The notes beneath the pieces are model-generated. The model was not told the origin of the DNA and ran no database searches. It saw only the letters and a program-made list of their open reading frames with translations. The translations under genes and the position numbers were made by a program. From a plasmid, in sequence record NZ_CP119397.1: a stretch of 64,000 bases of DNA. One strand, 5' to 3'. Shown in pieces: positions 10,996 to 20,760 of this stretch (position 1 is the first letter of the stretch; the number at the start of each line of letters is the position of its first letter).

Positions 10996-11937
10996 ATGAA
11001 ACTTGCGATCTGTACTGATGTGCTGGCGAACTTATCGTTTCCTGACATGCTGGATAAAGTGAAAAGCTACGGCATTACCGGCGTAGAAATGACCGCCGGG
11101 GGCTGGTCGCCCTGTCCGCACGTGAAAACGGAAGAACTGCTGGCGTCACCTGAAAAACTCACCGCTTTCCGCCAGGAACTGCAAACGCGCGAGATGAACA
11201 TTGTGGCGTTGAACTGTTCGGGTAACCCGCTCGCGCCGGGCGAGCTGGGGGAAAAACATACGCTGAGCAGCTATAAAACCGTAGAACTGGCCGGCAAACT
11301 GGGCGTGAAGAAAATCGTTATGATGAGCGGCCTGCCCGGCGGCGGACCAGGGGACAGCGTCCCGAACTGGATCACTTCTACGGTTTCCTGGCCGGATTAC
11401 ATGCCGGGTGTTATCGACTACCAATGGCACGAGGTGGCCATCCCCTGGTGGAAAGCCTTCACGCAGCACGCCCGGCAGCACGGCGTTGAACAGATTGCGC
11501 TTGAAGCGTTCCCCAGCCAGTTGGTGTACAACGCCGGCACTTTGCTGCGGCTGCGCAACAGCGTTGATGAGATGATCGGGATGAACCTTGACCCTTCCCA
11601 TCTTATCGTCATGGGCGCTGACCCGATTGCGGCGGCGCGCAAACTGGAGGGCGCGGTGTATCACGTGCATGGCAAGGATGCGCGCATTGAACGTGGCCTG
11701 GCGGAGATTGACGGGCTGCTGGAATACCAGCCGGTAACGAACACCAAAACGCGTACCTGGAACTATGTCGCCGTCGGCTGCGGCCAGGATTTGCAGTGGT
11801 GGAAGGAATTTTTCTCCGTGCTGCGTATGACCGGTTATGACGGTGATGTCTCGCTGGAGATGGAGGATTTGACCATGAGCGTGGAGGCAGGGTTGCAGAC
11901 GTCTATTGATGCCCTGAAGGCGAGCATCAGCCGCTGA
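10996..11937 (+). CDS. Sugar phosphate isomerase/epimerase (xylose isomerase-like TIM barrel)
   Basis: AP endonuclease 2/xylose isomerase-like TIM-barrel length and motifs; AAAGGATG RBS. Confidence 0.75.
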   Translation: MKLAICTDVLANLSFPDMLDKVKSYGITGVEMTAGGWSPCPHVKTEELLASPEKLTAFRQELQTREMNIVALNCSGNPLAPGELGEKHTLSSYKTVELAGKLGVKKIVMMSGLPGGGPGDSVPNWITSTVSWPDYMPGVIDYQWHEVAIPWWKAFTQHARQHGVEQIALEAFPSQLVYNAGTLLRLRNSVDEMIGMNLDPSHLIVMGADPIAAARKLEGAVYHVHGKDARIERGLAEIDGLLEYQPVTNTKTRTWNYVAVGCGQDLQWWKEFFSVLRMTGYDGDVSLEMEDLTMSVEAGLQTSIDALKASISR

Positions 11938-11950
11938 CGGTTTATCCTTC

Positions 11951-11986
11951 GCCACAGCCTGCGGCTATCAGATATCAGGCTGTGGC
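11951..11986. terminator. Hairpin between convergent genes
   Basis: gccacagcctg..caggctgtggc inverted repeat. Confidence 0.5.
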
Positions 11987-12029
11987 GGGCAGGGTTTGTC
12001 TTATCATCTGGTGCAGTGCAGGCCCGTTT

Positions 12030-12458
12030 TCAGGGGGCAGCCAGCGGCTTAACAAACCGTTTCCTGACCTCGTGATAGCCATTGTCCTCATAGAATTTAT
12101 GGGCGCGGGTCCGGCGTTCGCTGCTGGAGAGTTCTATCTGCGTGCACCCCTGCTGGAGCGACAGCCGTTCCGCCTCTGCCAGCAAGGCCTGGCCGAGGCC
12201 TTCACCCCGGCAGGCCTCATCAATGACCAGCGCAGAAATCACAGCCCAGCGCCCCTCTTCATGCACGGGTGTTATAAAATGGATAACCACCACACCGCGC
12301 ACTACGCTTCCTGATTCCGCCACCAGAATGTCATCGCGCCCCTCGGCCTCCTTCAGACGGGCTTCAACGGTTTCCCGTTTCGTGTGATAGCCCAGCTGTA
12401 AGAACAGCGTCTGTAACCTCCCGATATCCTGTATCCCGGCTGATCGGATTAAAAACAT
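12030..12458 (-). CDS. GNAT-family N-acetyltransferase
   Basis: Acetyl-CoA binding motif (RGEGLGQALL). Confidence 0.8.
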   Translation of the reverse strand: MFLIRSAGIQDIGRLQTLFLQLGYHTKRETVEARLKEAEGRDDILVAESGSVVRGVVVIHFITPVHEEGRWAVISALVIDEACRGEGLGQALLAEAERLSLQQGCTQIELSSSERRTRAHKFYEDNGYHEVRKRFVKPLAAP

Positions 12459-12579
12459 GCCTGTCTCCCTGTCTGATTAAAACAGCTTGTTAAACACCCG
12501 CTGCGCCTCATGACACTCTCTGGCCCGTTGGCGAGGCAATCAACCGATGAGCGTGAACCTGAAACGCATCACCTTTTGC

Positions 12580-12780
12580 TTAACGGCCGGCGCGGCGATT
12601 CACATCGTTATCGGCAATTTTCTCCGCCAGGAAATCGATCAGCACCCGGCATTTCGGCGGCAGGAAACGGTTCGGGTGGTAGAGGATCCATGACATGCCG
12701 TAGTACGAGGTCTGGTAATCCCATTGCGGCAATACCTCGACGATCTGTTGGGCGGCCTGCTGATTGTCGGGGCGTTAGTA
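12580..12780 (-). pseudogene. Remnant of a LysR-family regulator (C-terminal fragment only)
   Basis: Reverse translation gives ..QQIVEVLPQWDYQTSYYGMSWILYHPNRFLPPKCRVLIDFLAEKIADNDV*, typical LysR substrate-binding C-terminus, with no upstream HTH portion. Confidence 0.4.
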
Positions 12781-13205
12781 TGGGCGACGCGCCCCCGCAG
12801 GGTGGCGGGGGCGGTGGTCAGTAATTGAGTGGCGGATTGGTGGGGAATTCAGAGAGATGACGTGCTCATAGTGTTACGCCGTTAAATAGCTGGCAGAGGA
12901 GGCAAAGAGGCACAATAAAAGGAAAGTACGGCCTTTGATATTAATTCGTCAGGGATGGGTGAAAAAATAATAGGGTATGTCTGTTTCTGGATCATTTAAA
13001 ACTAATGCAATAGGGCATGAAATTATTGCCATTATGTAACTTTTTATTAGGGTGAGATAATTATCACACTTTGACAGGGTCAGCGCTGGTATTAACCCCC
13101 TGTTTGGCTGAATAAATTAATTTTCAGGCGGCGAGCAGGTGATGTCTGAATCACCATGTCATTTTAATGAGATTGTTATAATAACTTTTGGAAAAAGGAT
13201 CTGCC

Positions 13206-13451
13206 ATGAGTGCGGTAAAAGCAAAAATCACCTCAATGCACCTGTATTACTCAGGATTTAGCTATGGATGGGTTGATGAGAATGGCGTCCAAAAATGGTC
13301 AACGCTGTCATTCTCTTCCGATCCGTCACCGGCTGATCAAGCGTTATATGCGACGCTCCCGCCTATGATTTCTGCTGCGTATCAAACCCAGCAGTGGGTA
13401 ATGATTGATGATTATGGCTGTGATATCGCGTTTGATCTCGCCATACAATAA
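13206..13451 (+). CDS. Small hypothetical protein (81 aa) in AT-rich islet
   Basis: AAAGGA RBS before ATG 13206; followed by strong hairpin + T-run; no family recognised. Confidence 0.45.
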   Translation: MSAVKAKITSMHLYYSGFSYGWVDENGVQKWSTLSFSSDPSPADQALYATLPPMISAAYQTQQWVMIDDYGCDIAFDLAIQ

Positions 13452-13479
13452 TGTGTGTGCCGATATAAGTGTCTGATGC

Positions 13480-13521
13480 GGGCTGTCATCAATTACCTGA
13501 TGACAGCCCGATGTGGTTTTT
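13480..13521 (+). terminator. Rho-independent terminator
   Basis: 12-bp perfect stem gggctgtcatca/tgatgacagccc followed by gtggttttt. Confidence 0.7.
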
Positions 13522-13527
13522 AATGGG

Positions 13528-14698
13528 CTACATCCCGTGCAGCCTGCCCAGCAGCCCCATTCGCTCCGCGGCCAGGTCAGGGTTCACCAGCAACCCGGCC
13601 TCATCCGCCAGCCGGAACAGCGCGCTGTAGTGCGCCAGGCTGCGGGCGCTCTGCATACCAGCCAGCATCGTGAAGTGGTTCTGATGCCCGTTCAGCCAGG
13701 CGAGGAAGACAATCCCGGCTTTGTAATACTGGGTGGGCGCGGCGAACATATGGCGGGCCAGCGGCAGCGTCGGCGCGAGGATCTGCTGGTAGGTCTCCCG
13801 GTCGCCCTGCGCCAGCGCGTGCAACGCCCCGGCCGCCGCCGGGGCAATCGCGTCCAGAACCCCCAACAGCGCGTGGGAGTAGCCCCGGCTGTCCCCGGCG
13901 ATCAATTCGGGGTAGTTGAAATCGTCACCGGTATACATTTTTACCCGGCCGGGCAGGCGGCGGCGCATCGCGATCTCGCGATCTTTATCCAGCAGCGAAA
14001 TCTTGATGCCGTCGATACGTGCCTCATGGCGTTCAATCACCGACAGGCAAATCTCCATCGCGTCGTTGAGCCTGTCGGTGCCCCAGTAGCCGTGCAGCGC
14101 CGGGTCAAACATGTCACCGAGCCAGTGCAAAATCACCGGCTCCCGCACCTGCCGCAGGATGGCGTCATAGACCTGAAGGTAATCCTCCGGCCCCCTGGCG
14201 ATGGCCGCCAGCGCCCGGCTGGCCATCAGGATAATGCGCCCGCCGCAGGCTTCAATCGCCGCTACCTGCTGCTCATAGGCGTTAATCACCGCCGTCAGGG
14301 TCAGCCCGGTGAAGCCGGTCAGGTGATCGGTGCCTGCGCCGCAGGCGATGGCCACCCCCCGGAAAATCTTTCGCCTGGGCCACGCTGCGCTGGATCAGCA
14401 ACAGGCTGGTGGGCCAGTCCAGCCCCATGCCGCGCTGGGCGGTATCCATCGCTTCCGCCACGCCGAAACCCAGTGACATCAGGTGGCGGCGATAGGCCAG
14501 CGTGGCCTCCCAGTCGAGCGCCATATCGCGCGTCGGGTGCTGCATCTGCCGTGGGTCTGCGACCACATGGGCGGCGGCAAACACCTCACGGTTGAAGCGG
14601 GGCTGGGGCGGCACCTGCCAGCGCGGCGCGCCCTTGACGTCGTAACGGTAAACGTGGCCCTGGCTGTCCAGTAAATGCACGTGATTGCTGAGGGTCAT
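13528..14698 (-). pseudogene. DUF993-like (DapA-like TIM barrel) protein gene interrupted by +1 frameshift in C6 run at 14355-14360
   Basis: Two overlapping reverse ORFs (14282..14698 N-terminal part, 13528..14355 C-terminal part). Removing one base of the homopolymer joins them into a single ~390 aa protein; AAGGAG RBS before ATG 14698. Confidence 0.7.
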
Positions 14699-14723
14699 GA
14701 CAGGCTCCTTGGGGATCTGCGGG

Positions 14724-15962
14724 TTAATGCCGGGCCAGATGCGCACGCGGGTCACGCTCTGCCGGGGGAGAGGCGGCCACGGGCAATTTACGCACGCCGA
14801 ACAGCACCAGGCTGCTGCCCAGGATAACCAGCGCCGCCGCCAGCCAGACCGGTTGCAGGGTGTAATGCTGGGCGAAATAGCCGGCGATAATCGGGGAGAT
14901 GCCGCCCGCCGCCATGCCCATGTTCATCACAAAGCCGATGGCCGAGCCGCGCAGCGAGGGCGGCACCAGCTCAGCGGTGATGGACAGCACAATCGGCGTG
15001 ATGGGGTAACCCAGGAACCCCAGCAGCATCACCAGCATAATCACCACCGGAACTGACAGCGTCAGCACCATCGCGGCCATTAACAGCGCGCTGACCACGG
15101 TGATGGCCATCAGAATGGTGCGGCGGCGCAGGAAATCACCTTTGTCGCAGTAGCGGCCGAGCAGGAAACCGCCGAGTGCGCCGGTCAGCCCCAGCAGGCT
15201 GGCTATCGTCCCGGCGGTGCCGATCGTCAGGTTTTTCACCTGCATCAGGTAGCTCGGCGCCCACAGCAGCACAATCCACCAGCCCGCCAGCAGCACAAAG
15301 TAATAGAGCGCCATCATCATCACCGGCGCATGGCGGAACAGCGTGCGCAACGGCACTTTCTCCGCCGCCTGCCGGGCGATCAGGTCAGCGGGTTTGCGGT
15401 CATTTTTCACCAGCACCGCATACAGCAGCGCCACCACAATCCCCAGCGCCCCGGCGACGTAGAACACCACCCGCCAGCCAAACACCGGGCCGAGCACCGC
15501 ACCCATCCAGGTGCCGAAGAAGCCGCCAATCGGGTAGCCCATCCAGTAAAGGGACATCACCGTGGTGCGCTGTTTCTCGCTGGTGACGTTCGCCACCTCC
15601 AGCGAGGCGGCCGGCCAGAAAATCCCTTCGCCGATGCCGGTCATCACCCGGTAGAAGATCAGGCTGGTCAGGCTGCCTGCAAACCCGGTAAACAGGGTCG
15701 CCAGCGAGAACATCATCAACCCGAGGATCAGCACCGGTTTGCCGCTGAGTTTGTCGGCGATGATGCCGGCCGCAAACAGGAACAGGATAAAACCAAAGAA
15801 GAAAGAGGAGAGCAGGATGCCGCTTTCGCCTTTGCCGAGGCCAAATTCCGTGGCAATCAGCCCAATCGCCGACGACACCGTCATGCGATCAACCGAATAC
15901 ATCATGTAGCCCAGTCCGCACAGGACGGTAACCAGAACCATTTTCCGGGTATCGGTAGTCAT
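14724..15962 (-). CDS. MFS transporter
   Basis: 12 predicted TM helices, MFS loop motifs; GAGGAAAA RBS. Confidence 0.85.
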   Translation of the reverse strand: MTTDTRKMVLVTVLCGLGYMMYSVDRMTVSSAIGLIATEFGLGKGESGILLSSFFFGFILFLFAAGIIADKLSGKPVLILGLMMFSLATLFTGFAGSLTSLIFYRVMTGIGEGIFWPAASLEVANVTSEKQRTTVMSLYWMGYPIGGFFGTWMGAVLGPVFGWRVVFYVAGALGIVVALLYAVLVKNDRKPADLIARQAAEKVPLRTLFRHAPVMMMALYYFVLLAGWWIVLLWAPSYLMQVKNLTIGTAGTIASLLGLTGALGGFLLGRYCDKGDFLRRRTILMAITVVSALLMAAMVLTLSVPVVIMLVMLLGFLGYPITPIVLSITAELVPPSLRGSAIGFVMNMGMAAGGISPIIAGYFAQHYTLQPVWLAAALVILGSSLVLFGVRKLPVAASPPAERDPRAHLARH

Positions 15963-16030
15963 ATTTTCCTCGCCATGCCTGTTGACCGACGAAAACCGCT
16001 GTTCAGCGCTGTCAGAGACTCATTGGAATA

Positions 16031-16864
16031 TTAACCGTGCTGCAAATGCCGCATTTTGCAGGTGCGTAACACCTCATCAGGATCTTTCTCCCACCAGGTG
16101 AGGCGGGAAAAAATCTCCACTTCGTGATAGCCGCGGTAGCCCTGCGCCTCCACCGCCTGCCGGAAACCGCGGATATCAATCACCCCGTCGCCCATCATGC
16201 CGCGGTCTTCCAGCATGTCCTGCGTGGGGTTAAGCCAGTCACAGATATGGAACGCCAGCAGCCTTTGAGGCCCGGCGCGGGCAATTTCGCGGTGGAAATC
16301 GGCGTCCCACCAGGTGTGGTAGAGGTCAACCGCGATGCCCAGCCCGTTATCGCCCAGTTCATCACAGAGATCGTTGGCCTGTTTCAGGCTGTTGACGCAG
16401 GCGCGGTCGGCGGCATACATCGGGTGCAGCGGCTCAATCGCCAGCGGCATCCCACGCGGCCGGGCGTAGTCCAGCAGCGCGCCCAGCCCGTCGCGTACCT
16501 GTTGGCGTGCACCGGCCAGATCTTTTGAGCCGTCGGGCAGCCCGCCGACCACCAGCACCAGGCAGGACGCGCCGAGGGTCAGCGCCTCCTCCACGGCGCG
16601 GTAGTTGTCCTCCAGGGCTTTCCGGCGTGCCTCCGGGCCGGCGGCCGGGAACATGCCGCCGCGGCAGTAGCCGGTCACCGCCAGGTTATGCAGGCGGATC
16701 AGCCGGGCGGTTTCCTGCAACCCGAGCGCGGCGACCTGATCGCGCCACGGCGAGATACCGCGGATGTCATGGCGCGCGCAGCCTTCAATGATCTGGCGCA
16801 GATCCCACTGGCGGCGCACCGTGGCGGTATTTAACGAGAGTTTTCCGGGGTCGGGTGTGTGCAT
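16031..16864 (-). CDS. Sugar phosphate isomerase/epimerase (xylose isomerase-like TIM barrel)
   Basis: Family-typical length and motifs; GAGGAG RBS before ATG 16864. Confidence 0.8.
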   Translation of the reverse strand: MHTPDPGKLSLNTATVRRQWDLRQIIEGCARHDIRGISPWRDQVAALGLQETARLIRLHNLAVTGYCRGGMFPAAGPEARRKALEDNYRAVEEALTLGASCLVLVVGGLPDGSKDLAGARQQVRDGLGALLDYARPRGMPLAIEPLHPMYAADRACVNSLKQANDLCDELGDNGLGIAVDLYHTWWDADFHREIARAGPQRLLAFHICDWLNPTQDMLEDRGMMGDGVIDIRGFRQAVEAQGYRGYHEVEIFSRLTWWEKDPDEVLRTCKMRHLQHG

Positions 16865-16874
16865 TTTCTCCTCC

Positions 16875-18026
16875 TCACCCTTCCAGCGCGGGCACATCGA
16901 CCCAGCGGCGCTCTTGCCAGCTTTTCAGCGCCAGATCCACCAGTTGCAGGCCCTTCGCCCCTTCCAGCAGGTTCCAGCGGTAGTCGCCTTCGCCCCAGAC
17001 ATGGCGCAAAAAGAGTTCCCACTGCACTTTAAAGGCGTTGTCATACACCTGGGTGTCGGGCACGGTGGCCCAGTCATTGAAGAAGTTGTGGGTCTGGCGC
17101 ACATCCGGGTTCCAGACCGGTTTCGGGGTATTGACCGCCGCCTGGGTGTAGCAGTCGGTCAGCCCGGCGACGGCCGACCCGTTGACGCCATCCACCTGGA
17201 ACGTCACCAGGTCGTCACGCCGCACGCGCACGCACCAGGAGCTGTTGATCTGCACGATCGCGCCGTTATGCAGTTCAAAGGTGGCGTACACCGCATCATC
17301 CGCCGTGGCCTGATAGGGTTTTTGCTGTTCATCCCAGCGCGTCGGGATATGCGTTGCGCCGATGCAGCTCAGGCTTTTGATCTCGCCAAACAGGTTGTCG
17401 ATGACATAGCGCCAGTGGCAGATCATGTCGAGGATGATGCCGCCGCCCTCTTCGCTGCGGTAGTTCCAGGAGGGGCGCTGGGTCGGTTGCAGGTTGCCCT
17501 CAAACACCCAGTAGCCAAATTCACCGCGCACCGACAGCACCTTGCCGAAGAAGCCCGCCTCATTCAGCAGGCGCAGCTTTTGCAGGCCGGGCAACCAGAG
17601 TTTGTCCTGCACCACGCCGTGGCAGACCCCTTTTTCGCGCGCGGCGCGGTAGAGATCGAGCGCGTCTTCCAGCCCCAGCGCGACCGGTTTTTCGCTGTAA
17701 ACGTGTTTGCCCAGGGCGATCGCTTTTTTCAGCAGGGCAGGGCGCGCCTGGGTGGTGGCTGCATCAAAGAAGAGGATGTCATCAGGGTTGGCCAGCGCCT
17801 CATCGACGTTGGTGCCCCAGCGGGCAATGCCGTGCGCCTGCGCCAGTGCGGCGATTTTCTCTTCATTGCGGCCAATCAGAATCGGGTCGGGCATCAGGCG
17901 ATCGCCGTTTGCCAGCAGCACGCCGCCCTGTTCACGGATTTGCACGATCGACCGGATCAGGTGCTGGTTTTTGCCCATCCGTCCGGTTACGCCATGCATG
18001 ATGATGCCAACGGGGATCTGCGCCAT
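16875..18026 (-). CDS. Gfo/Idh/MocA-family oxidoreductase
   Basis: N-terminal GIIMHGVTGRMG Rossmann motif, family-typical length. Confidence 0.85.
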   Translation of the reverse strand: MAQIPVGIIMHGVTGRMGKNQHLIRSIVQIREQGGVLLANGDRLMPDPILIGRNEEKIAALAQAHGIARWGTNVDEALANPDDILFFDAATTQARPALLKKAIALGKHVYSEKPVALGLEDALDLYRAAREKGVCHGVVQDKLWLPGLQKLRLLNEAGFFGKVLSVRGEFGYWVFEGNLQPTQRPSWNYRSEEGGGIILDMICHWRYVIDNLFGEIKSLSCIGATHIPTRWDEQQKPYQATADDAVYATFELHNGAIVQINSSWCVRVRRDDLVTFQVDGVNGSAVAGLTDCYTQAAVNTPKPVWNPDVRQTHNFFNDWATVPDTQVYDNAFKVQWELFLRHVWGEGDYRWNLLEGAKGLQLVDLALKSWQERRWVDVPALEG

Positions 18027-18260
18027 TCATTCACCTCGGGGTAGAAGATGTCAGGCCACTGCGCGGGGTGTGATGCAGGCGTCATCACGCTGTGTTCGCC
18101 CGTGCCGGCGGCGGGGGATACGCCATACTCATTCAACCAACCGGTTGACAACCACACTATAGAAGCTGGCAAACCGCGCCGTGGTGATCCGTTTCACATA
18201 ACCAACCAGTTGGTTGAAAAAGAGCGCAGGCTTGTTTTAGCGGGTAAATAGGGCACTATA

Positions 18261-18932
18261 ATGCTGAAACCTGTCGAGAAGAGTGAGGGAAACGGAGTGG
18301 TTATCAGGCGCGTTACGGAGAAACATGATGCGGCAGACAAGCAGCAGCGCATCCTTCAGGCGGCCCGCGCGGAGTTTGCCGAGAAAGGGTTTGACGGCGC
18401 GCGGGTTGACAGCATCGCCGCCAGGGCCTGCGCCAATAAGCAGCTGATCTATTACTATTTCACCAATAAAGATGTGCTGTTTACCCATGTGCTGGAAGCG
18501 GCTTACCGCGACATCCGCGAACAGGAGGCGGCGCTCTCACTGGAGGCATTGCCCGCCAACGAGGCGATTTTGATGCTGGTGGAGTTCACCTGGCACTATT
18601 ACCTGAAAAACCCGGAGTTTATCCGCCTGCTCAACAGTGAAAACCAGCTGAAAGCACGCCACCTCAAAACCTCCGGGGTGGCGGTGGAGGTAAACCAAAG
18701 CTGGATCACCATCACCGAGGCGCTGCTGGCGCGCGGCCGGGCTGAAGGCACGGTACGGAGCGGCATCGACGTGATGCAACTCAACATCAACATTTCCGCC
18801 CTCGGCTTCTTCTACCTGATTAACCAGTCCACGCTGTCGATTCTCTACCAGAAAGATCTCAGCGAAAAAGCCGCGCTTGATGAACGGTTGCGGGTGATGA
18901 AAGAGTGCATCGCCGCCTGGATCGCGCCATGA
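18261..18932 (+). CDS. TetR/AcrR-family transcriptional regulator (alternative GTG start at 18297 has better RBS)
   Basis: N-terminal TetR HTH (ILQAARAEFAEKGFDGARVDSIAARA); TATAAT overlapping ATG 18261 suggests real start may be GTG 18297 after GAGGGA. Confidence 0.8.
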   Translation: MLKPVEKSEGNGVVIRRVTEKHDAADKQQRILQAARAEFAEKGFDGARVDSIAARACANKQLIYYYFTNKDVLFTHVLEAAYRDIREQEAALSLEALPANEAILMLVEFTWHYYLKNPEFIRLLNSENQLKARHLKTSGVAVEVNQSWITITEALLARGRAEGTVRSGIDVMQLNINISALGFFYLINQSTLSILYQKDLSEKAALDERLRVMKECIAAWIAP

Positions 18933-18954
18933 GCCTGGTCAGCAAGGAGAACGT

Positions 18955-19890
18955 ATGATCCGGCTTGACGATGTGGCGCTGTTTGTCCGGTCTGCCGCGC
19001 TCGGCAGCTTTTCCCGCGCGGCCCGTGAAGGGGATCTGCTGCCGGGGCAGGTCAGTGCCGCGGTGCAGCGGCTGGAGCGCGATCTGGATAAGCGCTTGTT
19101 TGTGCGCTCCACGCGCAGCCTGCGGCTGACGGCCGAAGGCGAAACCTATTTGCCCTATGCCCAGGAGTTGCTGGCACTGGTGCAGGCGGGCGCAGAGAGC
19201 CTGCAAGGCAATGAGGAGGCGTTGCAGGGCGAGCTTAAAGTCGCGCTGCCTTCTGATATCGGCCGCAATATCCTGTTGCCGGTAATGACGGCCTTTTTCA
19301 AGGCGCACCCCGGCCTCTCCCTGCGGCTGTCGCTGTCTGACCAGCGCAGTGATATGTTCCGCGATCCGGTGGATGTGGCTGTCCGCTACGGCGCGCTGGA
19401 CAACAGCCGCTACGTTGCGCTGCCGCTGGCGGCGGATAACCGGCGGGTGCTGGCTGCCTCACCGGGTTACCTGCAACAGCATGGCGAGCCGCAACAGTTG
19501 GATGACATTCCCCGCCACGCCTGCCTGCTTTACACCCTGAACGGCCAGGCGTATGACAAATGGCTGTTTCCGGGGCAGGGCGCGCCGCGCCAGCTGACGG
19601 TGAACAGCCGGATGCTGTGTGACGATGCCGACATCGCCCGCCGCTGGGCGGTGGATGGCATGGGGATTGTCTATAAATCCTGGATTGATCTCAGTGATGA
19701 CGTGCTGGCCGGGCGTTTAAAGGTGCTGCTGCCGGACCACCCCGGCGAAATCACGCCGCTGCACCTGATCTGCCCGCACCGCAAGCAGTTCTCCCCCGCC
19801 ATACGGCAACTGCACCAATGCCTCAGCGATCACCTGAAAGGGATTATGGCGCAGATGCCCACACCTGCCCTGCCGGACTATGGGGGGTAA
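18955..19890 (+). CDS. LysR-family transcriptional regulator
   Basis: N-terminal LysR HTH, C-terminal substrate-binding domain. Confidence 0.85.
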   Translation: MIRLDDVALFVRSAALGSFSRAAREGDLLPGQVSAAVQRLERDLDKRLFVRSTRSLRLTAEGETYLPYAQELLALVQAGAESLQGNEEALQGELKVALPSDIGRNILLPVMTAFFKAHPGLSLRLSLSDQRSDMFRDPVDVAVRYGALDNSRYVALPLAADNRRVLAASPGYLQQHGEPQQLDDIPRHACLLYTLNGQAYDKWLFPGQGAPRQLTVNSRMLCDDADIARRWAVDGMGIVYKSWIDLSDDVLAGRLKVLLPDHPGEITPLHLICPHRKQFSPAIRQLHQCLSDHLKGIMAQMPTPALPDYGG

Positions 19891-19943
19891 TCGCGTTTTT
19901 AATGCGAACAGGGAAAAGAAACGAGATAACTGTTTTAGAAAGG

Positions 19944-19968
19944 AAAAGCCCCGTAAAGGGGCTTTTTG
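19944..19968. terminator. Bidirectional rho-independent terminator
   Basis: aaagcccc gtaaa ggggcttttt, A-run before and T-run after, between convergent genes. Confidence 0.75.
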
Positions 19969-19978
19969 TTCTGTCTGG

Positions 19979-20305
19979 TTATTGTGCAAAAACGCTGAGG
20001 CCTTTGCGGCGGAGAATGTCCAGCATTCGCAGGGCTGCGCCATTGGGCTTTTTCTCACCACGCTCCCACTTTGAAACGCTCTCAACAGACATATTCAAGG
20101 TATAAGCCAGCATGGACTGGCTAATATGAAGCTGGTCACGCAACGCACGGATTGCTGTGCCGTCCATTTCTTCCGGCTTGGGCATTTTTTCACGCAATTG
20201 CTGCGCTTTTAAGCGGGAACCAATAAATTCAACGGTTTCATCAGAGACAGTGCCTGACTTGTTGAATGCTTGTGCCATTTCATGTAGTTGTTTCAGTCTG
20301 CTCAT
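19979..20305 (-). CDS. XRE-family HTH antitoxin (HigA/Ata-like)
   Basis: HTH_XRE core (LHISQSMLAYTLNMSVESVSKWERGEKKP); overlaps upstream toxin gene by 26 bp. Confidence 0.75.
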   Translation of the reverse strand: MSRLKQLHEMAQAFNKSGTVSDETVEFIGSRLKAQQLREKMPKPEEMDGTAIRALRDQLHISQSMLAYTLNMSVESVSKWERGEKKPNGAALRMLDILRRKGLSVFAQ

Positions 20306-20687
20306 GACATTTAACCTCTCTCAATCTCTTTTCAGCAATATCTTTGCTGATACTTTCATCAGACGCTGCCAACAAATCCCGCGCTAAGCGCCGGTAGACT
20401 TCCAGCTCATCATCCGGGATTTCCTTTGTTCCATCATCTGGCACGTCCGCTTTTGTCCATCCATCTATAAAGAACAAATGGCTTTCATGGTGAAAAGCAA
20501 TAACTGTACGTGCGCCGCCCCGCTTACCGCTATTGCCAAGTGGAATACGTTTTTTATAAACATGCCCACCCAATTGGGCATCCACCAATCCATTTTTAAT
20601 TTCACCTGCAATCTCGCACAGGATTTCATCTTTAATTTTTTGTTTTTTTAAGCTCTTATCAAAGAGAAAGGTCGTATAAATTTTCAT
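20280..20687 (-). CDS. Type II toxin, RelE/ParE superfamily (HigB/Tad-like, toxin-first order)
   Basis: Conserved GKRGGARTVIAF motif typical of COG4737-type RelE-fold toxins; gene precedes and overlaps its HTH antitoxin. Confidence 0.7.
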   Translation of the reverse strand: MKIYTTFLFDKSLKKQKIKDEILCEIAGEIKNGLVDAQLGGHVYKKRIPLGNSGKRGGARTVIAFHHESHLFFIDGWTKADVPDDGTKEIPDDELEVYRRLARDLLAASDESISKDIAEKRLREVKCHEQTETTT

Positions 20688-20740
20688 CTTTAATTCCCTG
20701 TTATTATTATCACTTTCCCTGACATTTGACGCTGATTACT

Positions 20741-20760
20741 GCTCAAAATATAGTACTTAG
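20741..20760. promoter_or_regulatory. Putative TA operator (TAGTAC direct/palindromic repeat) in toxin promoter region
   Basis: atatagtacttagtacggtat immediately upstream of toxin gene in AT-rich intergenic. Confidence 0.3.

Noticed and set aside
12510-12824. 104-aa Gly/Arg-rich plus-strand ORF
   Set aside because: Low-complexity. The opposite strand carries the LysR relic. No RBS.
13513-14595. 360-aa plus-strand ORF opposite the DUF993-like gene
   Set aside because: Antisense artefact (Arg/Pro/Gly-rich) overlapping a homologous reverse-strand gene.
16764-18044. 426-aa plus-strand ORF opposite the Gfo/Idh/MocA and TIM-barrel genes
   Set aside because: Antisense to two genes with clear family signatures. 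No RBS and biased composition.
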